Positions 21,876 to 31,875 of a DNA stretch of 64,000 nt are shown in pieces (within the stretch, counting starts at the first letter, position 1; each line of letters starts with the position of its first letter). The position numbers and the translations under genes were made by a program. Source of the stretch: a virus. The notes below the pieces were generated by a model, which saw nothing but the letters and a program-made list of their open reading frames with translations, was not told the DNA's origin and did no database searches. The stretch lies in the IMG/VR virus record IMGVR_UViG_3300027788_000010, positions 8,373-72,372 of that record; one strand, given 5' to 3'.

Positions 21876-24800
21876 TTAACTACCAGCTAGAAGTAATAAT
21901 TCTTCTTCAGTCATTGGTTTAGGTACGTATTTTTCAATAAATGTATCGTACGATGTTGCTCCCGGTATCAAACCAAAATAATAGTGATAACCCACACCAG
22001 GTGCTATATACCTACTAGATTGTGAAGCTGTAATTGGTGTGGTGGGTAAATTGATTACCGAACTGTTTATTGTAGCTCTCCAAGTGGTTAAATCTTGTAT
22101 ATTCCCATAGGCTATTTCACCGGACCCCGTCACCCATTCAGAATCTGTGTATTGGTTAGTCCCATACCCACCACCATTTTTATCCCAAACGTAGAATGGT
22201 ACGACTTGTGATGTTTGGTCTAGTATTTCAACAATACATTCTCTAACATCCGAACCAGATTGTAAAACCCCACTATCTTTTTCCAATAAGGGAGTTAGTG
22301 TTACACTATCATCTGACTGACCAGAATTACCTGGTACACTCACAGAATACTTATAATAAAAAGATTCTCCAGCTCCACCCCATGGTGTGCCATAAATTAT
22401 TGAATTTGTTGGTGGTCCACCACCTGGGTTAACAGTACTAGGCCAAGCCGCTTCCCACATAGTATACGTCCCGTTTGGTTTGGTTAACGCTCCTGGTGGC
22501 ATATATTCCCAAGCTAAGGTATCTACGGTAAACCATAACATACTTACCATATCCTGTGTCCCAAAAATTTCAACTTCTATTTCACCAGGTGGTGCATAAT
22601 CGGTAATACCAACTTCTGAAAGTTGTGATATTATGGTAGCCATGCCACCATTTAATTCTCTTTGTCTTCCAGGGCCAACTTCATCACGTTGGAAGAACGT
22701 CCTCAAGGAAACTTTTTCGGTAAAACCTTCATTAAAATTAACCACTTCATTGACAGCATCCCACATAAATTCCCCTATCGGACTAAATGTTGTCACACCA
22801 ATTTCATCCGAAACAGAACAACCTTCCCTATACCCCTTTTCTGTGCATATTTCACTTATATTTTCTATTACGGGACCTAAGTCCATTATTGTTGTTGGAA
22901 AGTGTAAATTTCTCTCATTACCACCCTCCGCTCTAACATTACTTCTTAAAGCTGAGTCATTATCACCTATAAACGTACCCGAACTTGAACTGTATGGTGT
23001 TGACCTATAGTAAAACTCTTGGTCATCACTATGAAAAAACACAACCTCACCACAATGTTTAACTTTATATCCGTTTTGGTAATCTTCGTTCGGTTTTAGT
23101 TTTGCTTTGAATTGGAACGCGTATAAAAACCCACCAACCCAGTTATTACCCCAAAAATAATTCATTAGACCATCACACATAGCTCTAAACACATTTTCTC
23201 TCTTCCTCCAATTACCTATACTTTCTATAGGGGTTACACTACCACCCCACTGAGCACCAGAAGGTGCAAATGATTCAGCTAGTGTCATAAAAGGGATTGA
23301 GTAACATCCGTCTTCTAATCTCATTGACGGGTCGTTGGGACTGGCACAATTTAAAAAATCGTTACCTTCCGCTGTGCTATCACCACCACCACCTCCAGCA
23401 CCATTTAATTCGTCACACCAACCTGTACATTCACCACAACCACCACCATTAGCGGCACTAAAACAACCACATTTATCACATTCTGGATATTTTGTAACTC
23501 TCAAAAACATACACCCAAATATATCCTTACATTTTTTAGCTTCTTCGTCCTTCTTCGAGCAAGGACAGGTACCACACCTGCAGTGTTTATCCCTCGGACC
23601 AGTCCTCCAATAAATCCATTTACACATGGTACATAAAGCCGAATTAATGACATTTTTAATCCAAGTAATAAACCCCAATATAAATTCAACAATAGTACAA
23701 ACTAACGCCATAATCGTATAAATCAAAGTATAGATTACTTGCAACATCCTAGTTAAAAACTGGCTAAGGACTATGTTAAAGTTTATGTTTTTGTTTGCAC
23801 TGTTCGTTGGGAAAGGATTTGCTTGTCCGTCACAGGATTTCTCTTCTCTAGGAGCGATTTCTTTTACACCTATAAAACCATCTTTCCTTCTATGTTTCCA
23901 ATGATTATGAAACTGACTAACAGTATACACCTTACTATATGAGAATTCATAAAAATAATCTTTACATGCTATAATTTCTCCAGTGTTAATTGATGGGTTA
24001 GGGTATTTCCAATAATCTATCGAGAAGGCGTACGAATCTTTATCCACACCACCATAATTACCATTTATATCACTATTGTATTCTTTAATATTTGGTACTA
24101 GGAACGCACCTCTCCTTCTTTGTCTAGAACTACCAACCGTTTCTTCTGGTTTAATTCTAAATCTATGTTTTGCTTTTGTAGGTACTCCTTTACTTGGGTC
24201 TTGTGAAAATGTTCGTTCACCAAATTCATTTGTTATAACATAATCTAGGTTCATAGGTATGTTGATTAGGAAAGCTCCATTATCATCTATGTTGTGACCA
24301 CCATCAATATCAAATCTCTGTAGGACTGGTATCGTTTTTACCCCAGAACCCAAATTATCTGGGTCTTCTTCTTGTTTAAAAAATGGCGTAAACCTAATAG
24401 ATTCTATTGTTCCTGGTGCTGGAACCAACGAACACAATTCACCCATTTTTGCTCTAGGTCTACAGTTTTTATTTACAGACATTTTAGCTTGGTCCGTACC
24501 TAGTGAACCCATAAATACAGCAGTTGGTTTTACCTCAACCCCCATTTCTCTCAAATCAAAATCAGTCCTAGTTATTGCCGCACCACACCCACTTTCCTCA
24601 TCACCCCAAAAAGGTCTAACATCTATAAATTTTGACATGGTGACAATTTGTGGTAACTTATCAATGTTTGTTGAGCTTTTGAATCTGGCTCCATTAAAAG
24701 ATGAGGACGGTTCACCTTGTAATTTAAAATCTTCCGGCACCATAGAAAAACAACCAATATCAGACAAATCAACATTCATAATCACAGTGTGGTCACCAAC

Positions 24801-25277
24801 AGGGACCCCATAAATCATAAAATCACCACTTTCGTTAGTTTTAACTGTAAATTTATAATATTTGTTATAAACATATTCCATGTCTGGGTTGTGGAATACT
24901 TCCGACTTCTCTGGGAAACTACCTGTCGGTATGTGTCCTGTATAGTTTGCTGTGGACGATAATAGGTTATACCTATAACCTTTTTCGTTTCTATTGTTTT
25001 GATTTTTGTATGGGTATATTGACCGTACTACCTCATTTTCAGCGTCTACCTTATCCAAAGGTATAAAAACAGACACCTTCGCGTTAGGTATCCCAAAACC
25101 ACCGTTAACAATCACTCTACCAGCGATAACACCAAAATCAGCACAATTTCTTGGGTATACGTCGGTTTGGTGTAGTTGAAGACTTAATATCTCTAACATG
25201 TCGAAATCTTGACTTAAATCCAACGTCACTTCTTTATCGACACCGATTTCTGTCCTAATCCTTAAATTTTTTGGCAT
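21876..25277 (-). CDS. Large baseplate-region protein with prealbumin/carboxypeptidase-regulatory-like N-terminal fold and an internal hydrophobic segment
   Basis: 1133 aa; GVIAGRVIVNGGFGIPNAKVSVF...TVKTNESGDFMIYGVPVGDHTV; central hydrophobic helix followed by a Cys cluster; directly downstream of the gp6-like gene. Confidence 0.55.
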   Translation of the reverse strand: MPKNLRIRTEIGVDKEVTLDLSQDFDMLEILSLQLHQTDVYPRNCADFGVIAGRVIVNGGFGIPNAKVSVFIPLDKVDAENEVVRSIYPYKNQNNRNEKGYRYNLLSSTANYTGHIPTGSFPEKSEVFHNPDMEYVYNKYYKFTVKTNESGDFMIYGVPVGDHTVIMNVDLSDIGCFSMVPEDFKLQGEPSSSFNGARFKSSTNIDKLPQIVTMSKFIDVRPFWGDEESGCGAAITRTDFDLREMGVEVKPTAVFMGSLGTDQAKMSVNKNCRPRAKMGELCSLVPAPGTIESIRFTPFFKQEEDPDNLGSGVKTIPVLQRFDIDGGHNIDDNGAFLINIPMNLDYVITNEFGERTFSQDPSKGVPTKAKHRFRIKPEETVGSSRQRRRGAFLVPNIKEYNSDINGNYGGVDKDSYAFSIDYWKYPNPSINTGEIIACKDYFYEFSYSKVYTVSQFHNHWKHRRKDGFIGVKEIAPREEKSCDGQANPFPTNSANKNINFNIVLSQFLTRMLQVIYTLIYTIMALVCTIVEFILGFITWIKNVINSALCTMCKWIYWRTGPRDKHCRCGTCPCSKKDEEAKKCKDIFGCMFLRVTKYPECDKCGCFSAANGGGCGECTGWCDELNGAGGGGGDSTAEGNDFLNCASPNDPSMRLEDGCYSIPFMTLAESFAPSGAQWGGSVTPIESIGNWRKRENVFRAMCDGLMNYFWGNNWVGGFLYAFQFKAKLKPNEDYQNGYKVKHCGEVVFFHSDDQEFYYRSTPYSSSSGTFIGDNDSALRSNVRAEGGNERNLHFPTTIMDLGPVIENISEICTEKGYREGCSVSDEIGVTTFSPIGEFMWDAVNEVVNFNEGFTEKVSLRTFFQRDEVGPGRQRELNGGMATIISQLSEVGITDYAPPGEIEVEIFGTQDMVSMLWFTVDTLAWEYMPPGALTKPNGTYTMWEAAWPSTVNPGGGPPTNSIIYGTPWGGAGESFYYKYSVSVPGNSGQSDDSVTLTPLLEKDSGVLQSGSDVRECIVEILDQTSQVVPFYVWDKNGGGYGTNQYTDSEWVTGSGEIAYGNIQDLTTWRATINSSVINLPTTPITASQSSRYIAPGVGYHYYFGLIPGATSYDTFIEKYVPKPMTEEELLLLAGS

Positions 25278-25350
25278 AAAATCTCTTTATATAATAAATA
25301 CTACTTATTCTAAAATCAAAAATAGGTAGTATATTAAATTATGTAAATAA

Positions 25351-27186
25351 TTAGGATATGTTTGGTCTGGATATTTGTTTAACTCTAACTCTCACATCAA
25401 CATCAGGATATCTTATTTGTGGAATTTCGTCTGGTAGGAAAAATAGTGCTTGGTCTGTGGTTACTATTTTATTGTTACTTGTAGTTGGTTGACTTGTTTT
25501 TGAGTTTGAATATCCGTCACCCGTATTATTATATACTCTTACATCTATAACATTTAACACCCCGTCTTGTTTTGATACTTCCCCATATACCTCACTTAAA
25601 CTAATCGTCTCACCCATTTCATGGGCGTCAACGTTAAAGAATTGGGTAATTTTATTAATAACGTTACCAACTATCTCTCCTTGGTTGGCGTTATTTGTTA
25701 TGACAATGTCTAACTCCAAACCTAAATCAATTACATTGGCAGAAGATATTTCTATATAATCGTTTATCATTCTATAGTTGGAAAGGTATTCGGATATATT
25801 ATTTTTTAGGGTTGAACTTACACTTGATGACAGAGCTCCGTCGGGTGTGTACGATAATATACTAACTTTAACCTTATTTTCTATTTCTGTAACACCAACC
25901 TTTGCTGCGGCCCCATACTGTGAGGGCATTGTTCTTATTTTATTAACATAATCGTTAATAGTTACCGCTCTATTTTGTGCTGAGAAATTAAACGCTATAT
26001 AATTTCTAATTTCTTCCGTGGACATCTGTTCGTCACCACCAATAGCTGATGTAACGTTATTAACCTTCAAACTATTTCTAACACTACTATTAATACTAGT
26101 AACCGGCCCAGAAACTACAAAATCTAAAACCCCTAACGAATTTATAGCTCCAGCTCCCAGGTTAGACGCTTTACCCCCACCAACCCTGTATTGAATGAAT
26201 AGTGTTGTGTTAGGTCTGACTACAGAACCTAAAGATATGTTATTTACGAATTTATTAAGGTTTACTTTCACACCATATTTCGCAAAATCATTTAGTAGGT
26301 TTTGTGATTTATTATTACCGTTACCGAATGTTAAAAAGAAAAACCCTTCAGGCGTAAATTCGGTAATAAACCTATTTTCAGTTAATATGTATTTACCGGA
26401 CTTCATTCCGGGTCTGTCCGCTGGTATAGCTGGGTCTATTTCAAATATTTCAGACTCAGCTAAAGCATTTACTTCGTACCATTTATCATTTTTAGCGTTT
26501 ATAAATTCTAGGTTGGATGGTAGTGTCGTGTAACTAAGTCCATTTTTTTCAATTACTGACGTAACCCCTAAAACATTCCTTTCCGGTAAAAACACCTTAG
26601 CGAATGGTTTACTATCAATATCTGTTATTTCTTTTTTAAATACTTTAGTAACACCATTAACAATCACTTCCCTTTTTGTTATTGTGTAATTTTGGATAAT
26701 CCCTCTACCGTCAAGATTTGGTATTTTTGTTCTGTTTGGGGTTCCTTCTGAGGAATAGGGTGAGGAAAAGTCACAATCGTTAATCAATTCAAATATCTGA
26801 CCACCACCCCTTACTTGAGCTCCTCTTCTTAAAAACCCCAAATACCTATCATCTTCTTTATCCCCTCTTACTGGTACTATTATTGAAAAATCACATAGTG
26901 TTATAGATGGTCTATTTCCTGGTATTTTTAAACCATAAGTCCTAGCTATATTAAATAAAGAACTTCTTTCTTGTGCTGAGTCTAATACTGTTTCTTGTAA
27001 CGTCCTATCAATACTAAAATGTAAATTATCAGCTACAGCGGCATTTAAATCTAAAAAAACTGAATATATCGAGGAATCGTTAGAGTTCTGTATTAGGTCC
27101 GGATAGTACGTATTAGTTAACCTTAGTAATTCATTTCTTAACCCTAGAAAATCCCTTTCTGTATATGATATTTTTTTGCTTGCCAT
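25351..27186 (-). CDS. Baseplate wedge subunit (T4 gp6-like)
   Basis: ISYTERDFLGLRNEL...DNLHFSIDRTLQET...SAQERSSLFNIARTYG and GGDEQMSTEEIR...AQNRAVTINDY are gp6/BplJ signatures; adjacent to the gp25-like gene. Confidence 0.9.
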   Translation of the reverse strand: MASKKISYTERDFLGLRNELLRLTNTYYPDLIQNSNDSSIYSVFLDLNAAVADNLHFSIDRTLQETVLDSAQERSSLFNIARTYGLKIPGNRPSITLCDFSIIVPVRGDKEDDRYLGFLRRGAQVRGGGQIFELINDCDFSSPYSSEGTPNRTKIPNLDGRGIIQNYTITKREVIVNGVTKVFKKEITDIDSKPFAKVFLPERNVLGVTSVIEKNGLSYTTLPSNLEFINAKNDKWYEVNALAESEIFEIDPAIPADRPGMKSGKYILTENRFITEFTPEGFFFLTFGNGNNKSQNLLNDFAKYGVKVNLNKFVNNISLGSVVRPNTTLFIQYRVGGGKASNLGAGAINSLGVLDFVVSGPVTSINSSVRNSLKVNNVTSAIGGDEQMSTEEIRNYIAFNFSAQNRAVTINDYVNKIRTMPSQYGAAAKVGVTEIENKVKVSILSYTPDGALSSSVSSTLKNNISEYLSNYRMINDYIEISSANVIDLGLELDIVITNNANQGEIVGNVINKITQFFNVDAHEMGETISLSEVYGEVSKQDGVLNVIDVRVYNNTGDGYSNSKTSQPTTSNNKIVTTDQALFFLPDEIPQIRYPDVDVRVRVKQISRPNIS

Positions 27187-27187
27187 T

Positions 27188-27697
27188 CTATAAATTAATA
27201 ATTATGAAATCTCTTGTCCCAAACACATCGTCTTTTATTGTATAGTCTATAAATATTTTAGCTGTGTATTCTTCAGTACCATCACCAGCCATCCTATAAA
27301 TCCTATCATCTAAATCATTATCTAGTGTACTATTTTGTGCTGATATGGAAGGGTGGTTAGAATTATTTAATTCTTTTTCTTGTTCCCTAATATCTTCTAA
27401 TGTTTCTATTTTAATTTCGTTTACTACTACATTTGGTATGTACTTTTTTATTGTATCTCTTAGTTCAGAATCTATAGCGGCAAATGTTGATTTATCCATT
27501 TGGTCGAATATATATTCGTATAGTCCAGTTCCAAAATCTGGTAAAAAATACCTAGTACCTTTTCTGGTTAATATAAGGTGGATTAGGTTAGCTTTTACCT
27601 CTTCCGGTAAAGTATCTGTTGTTTTAAGAAACAACCCACTTTCACTATCTTGGAATGGAAATGATACACCATACCTTTCTCTTGCTATTATTGTCAT
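27188..27697 (-). CDS. Baseplate wedge/sheath initiator (gp25/GPW family)
   Basis: GVSFPF...VKANLIHLILTRKGTRYFLPDFGTGLYEYIFD is the gp25 signature. Confidence 0.9.
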   Translation of the reverse strand: MTIIARERYGVSFPFQDSESGLFLKTTDTLPEEVKANLIHLILTRKGTRYFLPDFGTGLYEYIFDQMDKSTFAAIDSELRDTIKKYIPNVVVNEIKIETLEDIREQEKELNNSNHPSISAQNSTLDNDLDDRIYRMAGDGTEEYTAKIFIDYTIKDDVFGTRDFIIINL

Positions 27698-27721
27698 ATT
27701 AAATAAATACTTTACTTTGGT

Positions 27722-27931
27722 TTATCTATCGACTTTCTGGAACATCCCATCTAATACTTGTTCGATAGCCCCCATCAACGCGTACTGGTCACCACCCCAA
27801 CTATCTTTATGTCGTTCAATTAATCGGTCAACAACGTATCTTAGGTCTTTTTCTAAACCATCCCATTTATCATCATCACTTGTTTGCCAAGAAACTTCTT
27901 CTCTTAATATTTTTTTAATTAGTGTTTTCAT
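27722..27931 (-). CDS. Small acidic protein with (I/L)xEE leader, possible internal head protein
   Basis: Best start is MKTLIKKILREE (ATG at 27931), 8 nt downstream of a TATTTAT motif, rather than the track start at 27949. Confidence 0.6.
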   Translation of the reverse strand: MKTLIKKILREEVSWQTSDDDKWDGLEKDLRYVVDRLIERHKDSWGGDQYALMGAIEQVLDGMFQKVDR

Positions 27932-28145
27932 TATTATTATAAATATCACCCCTAAGTTCTTTGTTTAACTTAAGATGTTGTGGCCAAAAAGGGCAGTGTT
28001 TACAGCCAGACCCACAACAACTACCTCTTTTTATGTGGTATTTTTCTGTTAAAACCATTTTACCATTTTCTAAATAAAAATCTCCGTCTTGTAACCTATT
28101 AAATTGTTCACTATTTTCACTATAACTGTGTTTCACTAGTAACAT
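27915..28145 (-). CDS. DUF5522-like small Cys-rich protein
   Basis: DFYLENGKMVLTEKYHIKRGSCCGSGCKHCP motif; overlaps the 3' end of the RNR gene; exact start uncertain. Confidence 0.75.
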   Translation of the reverse strand: MLLVKHSYSENSEQFNRLQDGDFYLENGKMVLTEKYHIKRGSCCGSGCKHCPFWPQHLKLNKELRGDIYNNNENTN

Positions 28146-30021
28146 TTAAAGATTTTAAATCAACATCTAACTCACAAACACCACCTGCACAAGCTAACTC
28201 ACCAGATAAATCAGTATTATCGTCCAATTCAATAACATTAGATAGGTTAACATCGTTTAAAACTTTCATCATTTCATAATACCTTTCTTCAGTAATATCT
28301 TCAAACGGTGCTTGTGTGTACGTACCTCCATTATATGGTAATACCGCCAACCCATTATAGTGATTTCTATTTTCCCACATCCATTCTCCAGCTAAATCCC
28401 ATTCATCGTCTTTTAAGGAAACTGTAGCCGAAACATTGTGGGAATTTGAACCCTTTCTATGTCCACTTCTAACCCATTCAGTTGCAATTTTTTTAACCCT
28501 CTCTAATAAGTCAAACGGTGATTCAGTTCTCATAATAGCTCCTGATGGGGCTTTTTGAGGTACTTGTATTACTGCTGTATCATGTGGTCTGAAGTATTCG
28601 TCTTCTACTAGTTCCGGATGGTTTAAGTTTAGATATGTGTAAATAGCTTCATTCTTACCAACTCTAACTCTACGAATATAATAATCGTTATGCCATGCAT
28701 GAATACCTGATGAAGTTCCTAATGTTAAAGATGTGGTTCCTGCTGGTTTAACTGTGGTTGTTCTAGCAGCTTGGTTTATGTTTAGAAGTTTAGCGACTCT
28801 GGTATTTTCTCTTTTAACTAGACTTGCTGCTTTTTTAGTGTCATAATTTAAAACTTTACCAGACCCTATACCGGTCATTGATACCCCAATAAGTGCGTCT
28901 TTCTCAGTAGTTTCTTGCCATATTTCTCTTAAATAATGAAATGATGTATACCCCGCTTGTAGTGTTCCTATAAACGCGGCTGTTTTTACTCTCTCATTCA
29001 AATCTTCTTGTGATTCTATATTAGAAACATTAACTTCACATAGGTTACAGAATTGGTATGGTCTTAATGCAATCTCACAACATGGATTAGTTCCCCAATC
29101 TTTATCATTATTTAGATATATTCCAGGTTCTCCCGAATTTGATAGTTCAACTCTCTTCCATAAATTCATAAAAAATTCTTTAGTGATTTTATGTCTCATT
29201 AAACATGCTGAGTTGTTTGCTCTACCTCTTTGTGGGTTCAATTCCCACCAATTACCAGCTTTACAACCAATCATTTGTTCGTCATCAGCACTAAATAGAC
29301 TAATTAAAGCCGCTCTTCTAATTCCACCCGCTAGTACAGCATCTGCTATATAACATACAATATCATGTACCTCAAGTGTGGTTAAGTGTTCCCCATTTTC
29401 TTTTTCCTCTAATATGCCTTCAATCTTAACCAAACATTCTTTTAGTGGTTGGGGTCCTGGTGCTTTACCCCCTGAAGTTATTAACCTCGCACCTTTTGCT
29501 CTAATATCTGTATAATCAAATTCTACTCTACTACCCCCACCATTCATATACGATTTCATTAAAACTTTAATCGAATCTGCCCAACCTTCAATTGAGTCTC
29601 CAATTAAAAACCTTCTTTTTCTTTTTGGGTAGGGCTTTTGTATCATCGGTAGTTTAGATACGTGATGTTTTTGTACTGAATAACCTACTCCCGTACCACC
29701 TAATAATAGAAACATTGTTTCTGAAAATGAATCAACATGGTCAATAGGTAGGTAAGCACAATTATAAATCCTATTAGGTGATATTTCAATAGGTTTACCA
29801 CCAAATTGCATAGACCTCATTGAAGGTAATACTTTCTTATCGTACACTAATTTGTATTTTTCTTCTATCTCATCTATTAAATGTGGGTACGTTTTTATAT
29901 GCATGTTTTTATTCCTACTTACTAATTCTTCCCAAGTTTCTCTTCTCTCTAGGGTTGGTAGGTATTTTGCGTATTTCATATACACCGTAATGTCTGATAA
30001 AATTTTGTTAGAAATTTCCAT
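28120..30021 (-). CDS. nrdJ: Class II (adenosylcobalamin-dependent) ribonucleotide reductase, monomeric RTPR type
   Basis: RRETWEE, LPSMR, YNCAY, GGTGVGYSV, RRAALISL, RANNS, TNPCCEI, TTVKPAGT, YTQAPFE and C-terminal CAGGVC; no small (R2) subunit adjacent. Confidence 0.92.
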   Translation of the reverse strand: MEISNKILSDITVYMKYAKYLPTLERRETWEELVSRNKNMHIKTYPHLIDEIEEKYKLVYDKKVLPSMRSMQFGGKPIEISPNRIYNCAYLPIDHVDSFSETMFLLLGGTGVGYSVQKHHVSKLPMIQKPYPKRKRRFLIGDSIEGWADSIKVLMKSYMNGGGSRVEFDYTDIRAKGARLITSGGKAPGPQPLKECLVKIEGILEEKENGEHLTTLEVHDIVCYIADAVLAGGIRRAALISLFSADDEQMIGCKAGNWWELNPQRGRANNSACLMRHKITKEFFMNLWKRVELSNSGEPGIYLNNDKDWGTNPCCEIALRPYQFCNLCEVNVSNIESQEDLNERVKTAAFIGTLQAGYTSFHYLREIWQETTEKDALIGVSMTGIGSGKVLNYDTKKAASLVKRENTRVAKLLNINQAARTTTVKPAGTTSLTLGTSSGIHAWHNDYYIRRVRVGKNEAIYTYLNLNHPELVEDEYFRPHDTAVIQVPQKAPSGAIMRTESPFDLLERVKKIATEWVRSGHRKGSNSHNVSATVSLKDDEWDLAGEWMWENRNHYNGLAVLPYNGGTYTQAPFEDITEERYYEMMKVLNDVNLSNVIELDDNTDLSGELACAGGVCELDVDLKSLNVTSETQL

Positions 30022-30025
30022 ATTT

Positions 30026-31405
30026 TTATTTTATTTTATTTATTGTTTTTTCTCTTTTTTCTAGAGCGTCCATCACTCTTTTGTGGTTTCTTTGTGTTTT
30101 GTCTTCCTCGAAACCTAAGAAAGTTTGTGTTGATTGTGTGTCTATTTCTAAGGTGGAATTATTAAATGTACAGTTTTCAAATATAATACCATCCTGACCT
30201 AACCTAGATTTTGTTATAGCAATTGTAGCTAGTCCAAGTTCTTTTTGTTGTAACGATTTCGCTATCGAGATTATTACGTGACCAACTTGGGCTTTTTTAA
30301 TTGACCCACCCATTTGGTCTGTAGTTACCACCTCGGAAGATATCGACGACCTATTACCTTGTGCGGCTGTCCAACCCACTAAATTTAACTCATGGCACAT
30401 ACCTTCAAATTTTCTCATGACAGAACCCTCACCTTTCCATTCATCATTATAACTTTTATCTGGTATAACACAATCAATATAATCTAAAACCACAATATCT
30501 AATTTAACTCCTTCTGATGTTATTTTTCTAATTTGGTTTTTAATTTGTGGTATTGTAAATTCATCTGAAGCTAACTTTTTTAATATTAACTTTCCTTCTT
30601 GTTTTTGCATCTCACTAGCCTTAGCTAGTACTTTTTCTTTGTGGTCACTTAATTCTTGTGGTGGTATGCCGGTCCAACAAGTAAAATGTTTTCTTTGTAT
30701 TATTTTAGGGTTATCTTCAAAAAATATTTGTAATACGTTGTACCCCATATTAAAAGCTGTATTAGCAAATCTTGTTAGTATTGTAGTTTTACCCACACCA
30801 GTTGGTGCTAATATTACACCTAACTCTCCTTTCGCTAACCCACCATTTAATAAATTGTCGATACCGTCTATACCAGTAGGGATTGGGTGCCTATAATCAA
30901 CTTCAAGAACCTCTTCTATGTTTTGGAACACCTCTAGGTTTCCGTCATTATTATCACCTATTGTTATAGCTTTTCTTATGTATTCTTCACATTTATCATA
31001 ACTTTCAAACTCACCCTTATCTAATATCTTTTCCACCTTCCTAATAGCTTTTTGTAATTCTTGTTGTTTACAAAATTTTATTGTTTTTTCTTTTATAAAT
31101 AAATGGTCATCAAAAGATGATTCCTTAACCTCCTTTAAAGTATCTATTACGTTCTTTTTAGCCATTTCAGAAGAAATTTCTAACTGTGTTAATTGTTGTA
31201 GTCCTTCAAATGTAGGTACGGAATCGTATTTATCATAATAGTCTTTAATAAGTTGCATTATCAACTTAAAATATTGATTATCAAAATATTTTGGTAGTAT
31301 GCTATCTATAATCGAGTTAGCGAAAGATTTGTCTATGATAATTAGGTGTAATATTTTTATCTGAAAGTTATACCCTAAGTATCCGAAATTTTCTATTTTA
31401 TTCAT
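30026..31405 (-). CDS. Replicative DNA helicase (DnaB/T4 gp41-like)
   Basis: IPTGIDGIDNLLNGGLAKGELGVILAPTGVGKTT (Walker A), VVLDYID, WTAAQGNR, KSRLG. Confidence 0.92.
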   Translation of the reverse strand: MNKIENFGYLGYNFQIKILHLIIIDKSFANSIIDSILPKYFDNQYFKLIMQLIKDYYDKYDSVPTFEGLQQLTQLEISSEMAKKNVIDTLKEVKESSFDDHLFIKEKTIKFCKQQELQKAIRKVEKILDKGEFESYDKCEEYIRKAITIGDNNDGNLEVFQNIEEVLEVDYRHPIPTGIDGIDNLLNGGLAKGELGVILAPTGVGKTTILTRFANTAFNMGYNVLQIFFEDNPKIIQRKHFTCWTGIPPQELSDHKEKVLAKASEMQKQEGKLILKKLASDEFTIPQIKNQIRKITSEGVKLDIVVLDYIDCVIPDKSYNDEWKGEGSVMRKFEGMCHELNLVGWTAAQGNRSSISSEVVTTDQMGGSIKKAQVGHVIISIAKSLQQKELGLATIAITKSRLGQDGIIFENCTFNNSTLEIDTQSTQTFLGFEEDKTQRNHKRVMDALEKREKTINKIK

Positions 31406-31442
31406 ATAATATGGTTTAAAAATAAATAGTAATTATTACTAT

Positions 31443-31871
31443 TTAAAGTTGTTTATCTAGGTAGTAACTAAGAGTTTTTCTCATTGACAATGTGTCAGTA
31501 AGTTCTCTTAAAATATATGATATTTTAGGTCTTATATCCACAGAATACCTAACTTTTGGTGGGTATATGTCGGCAGGGAAAAGTCTAGTCATTATTATTT
31601 TATTCCCTCTTTTTATAAGTATCGTGAAATCTTCGTTTTCTACCTGTGGTTTTGTCACGTCGTCTTTAAAATATTCATCAACAATATCTACAGTTTTTAA
31701 AACTAATTGTTTAACAATCACGTCTTTAATATTTTCTACAGCCCAATAAAGGTCGACTGACTTTAGTGTTTTATGGTTGTGATTCCTTACTGTGAAAAAT
31801 CTTTGGCATATGATATTATCTTCGATTGATAATACGAACTCAAATTTTTCTTTCTCTTCTGTTTTTTGCAT
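31443..31871 (-). CDS. Hypothetical protein in the replication block
   Basis: Likely start at the second Met (MQKTEEK, 31871), just after the exonuclease stop; NIICQRFF and YPPKVRYSVDIR motifs; function unknown. Confidence 0.6.
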   Translation of the reverse strand: MQKTEEKEKFEFVLSIEDNIICQRFFTVRNHNHKTLKSVDLYWAVENIKDVIVKQLVLKTVDIVDEYFKDDVTKPQVENEDFTILIKRGNKIIMTRLFPADIYPPKVRYSVDIRPKISYILRELTDTLSMRKTLSYYLDKQL

Positions 31872-31875
31872 TTTA

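Noticed and set aside
25298-25332. 12-bp imperfect inverted repeat as a terminator after the gp6-like gene
   Set aside because: AT-rich stem with a mismatch, an 11 nt loop and no clean U tract; too weak to call.
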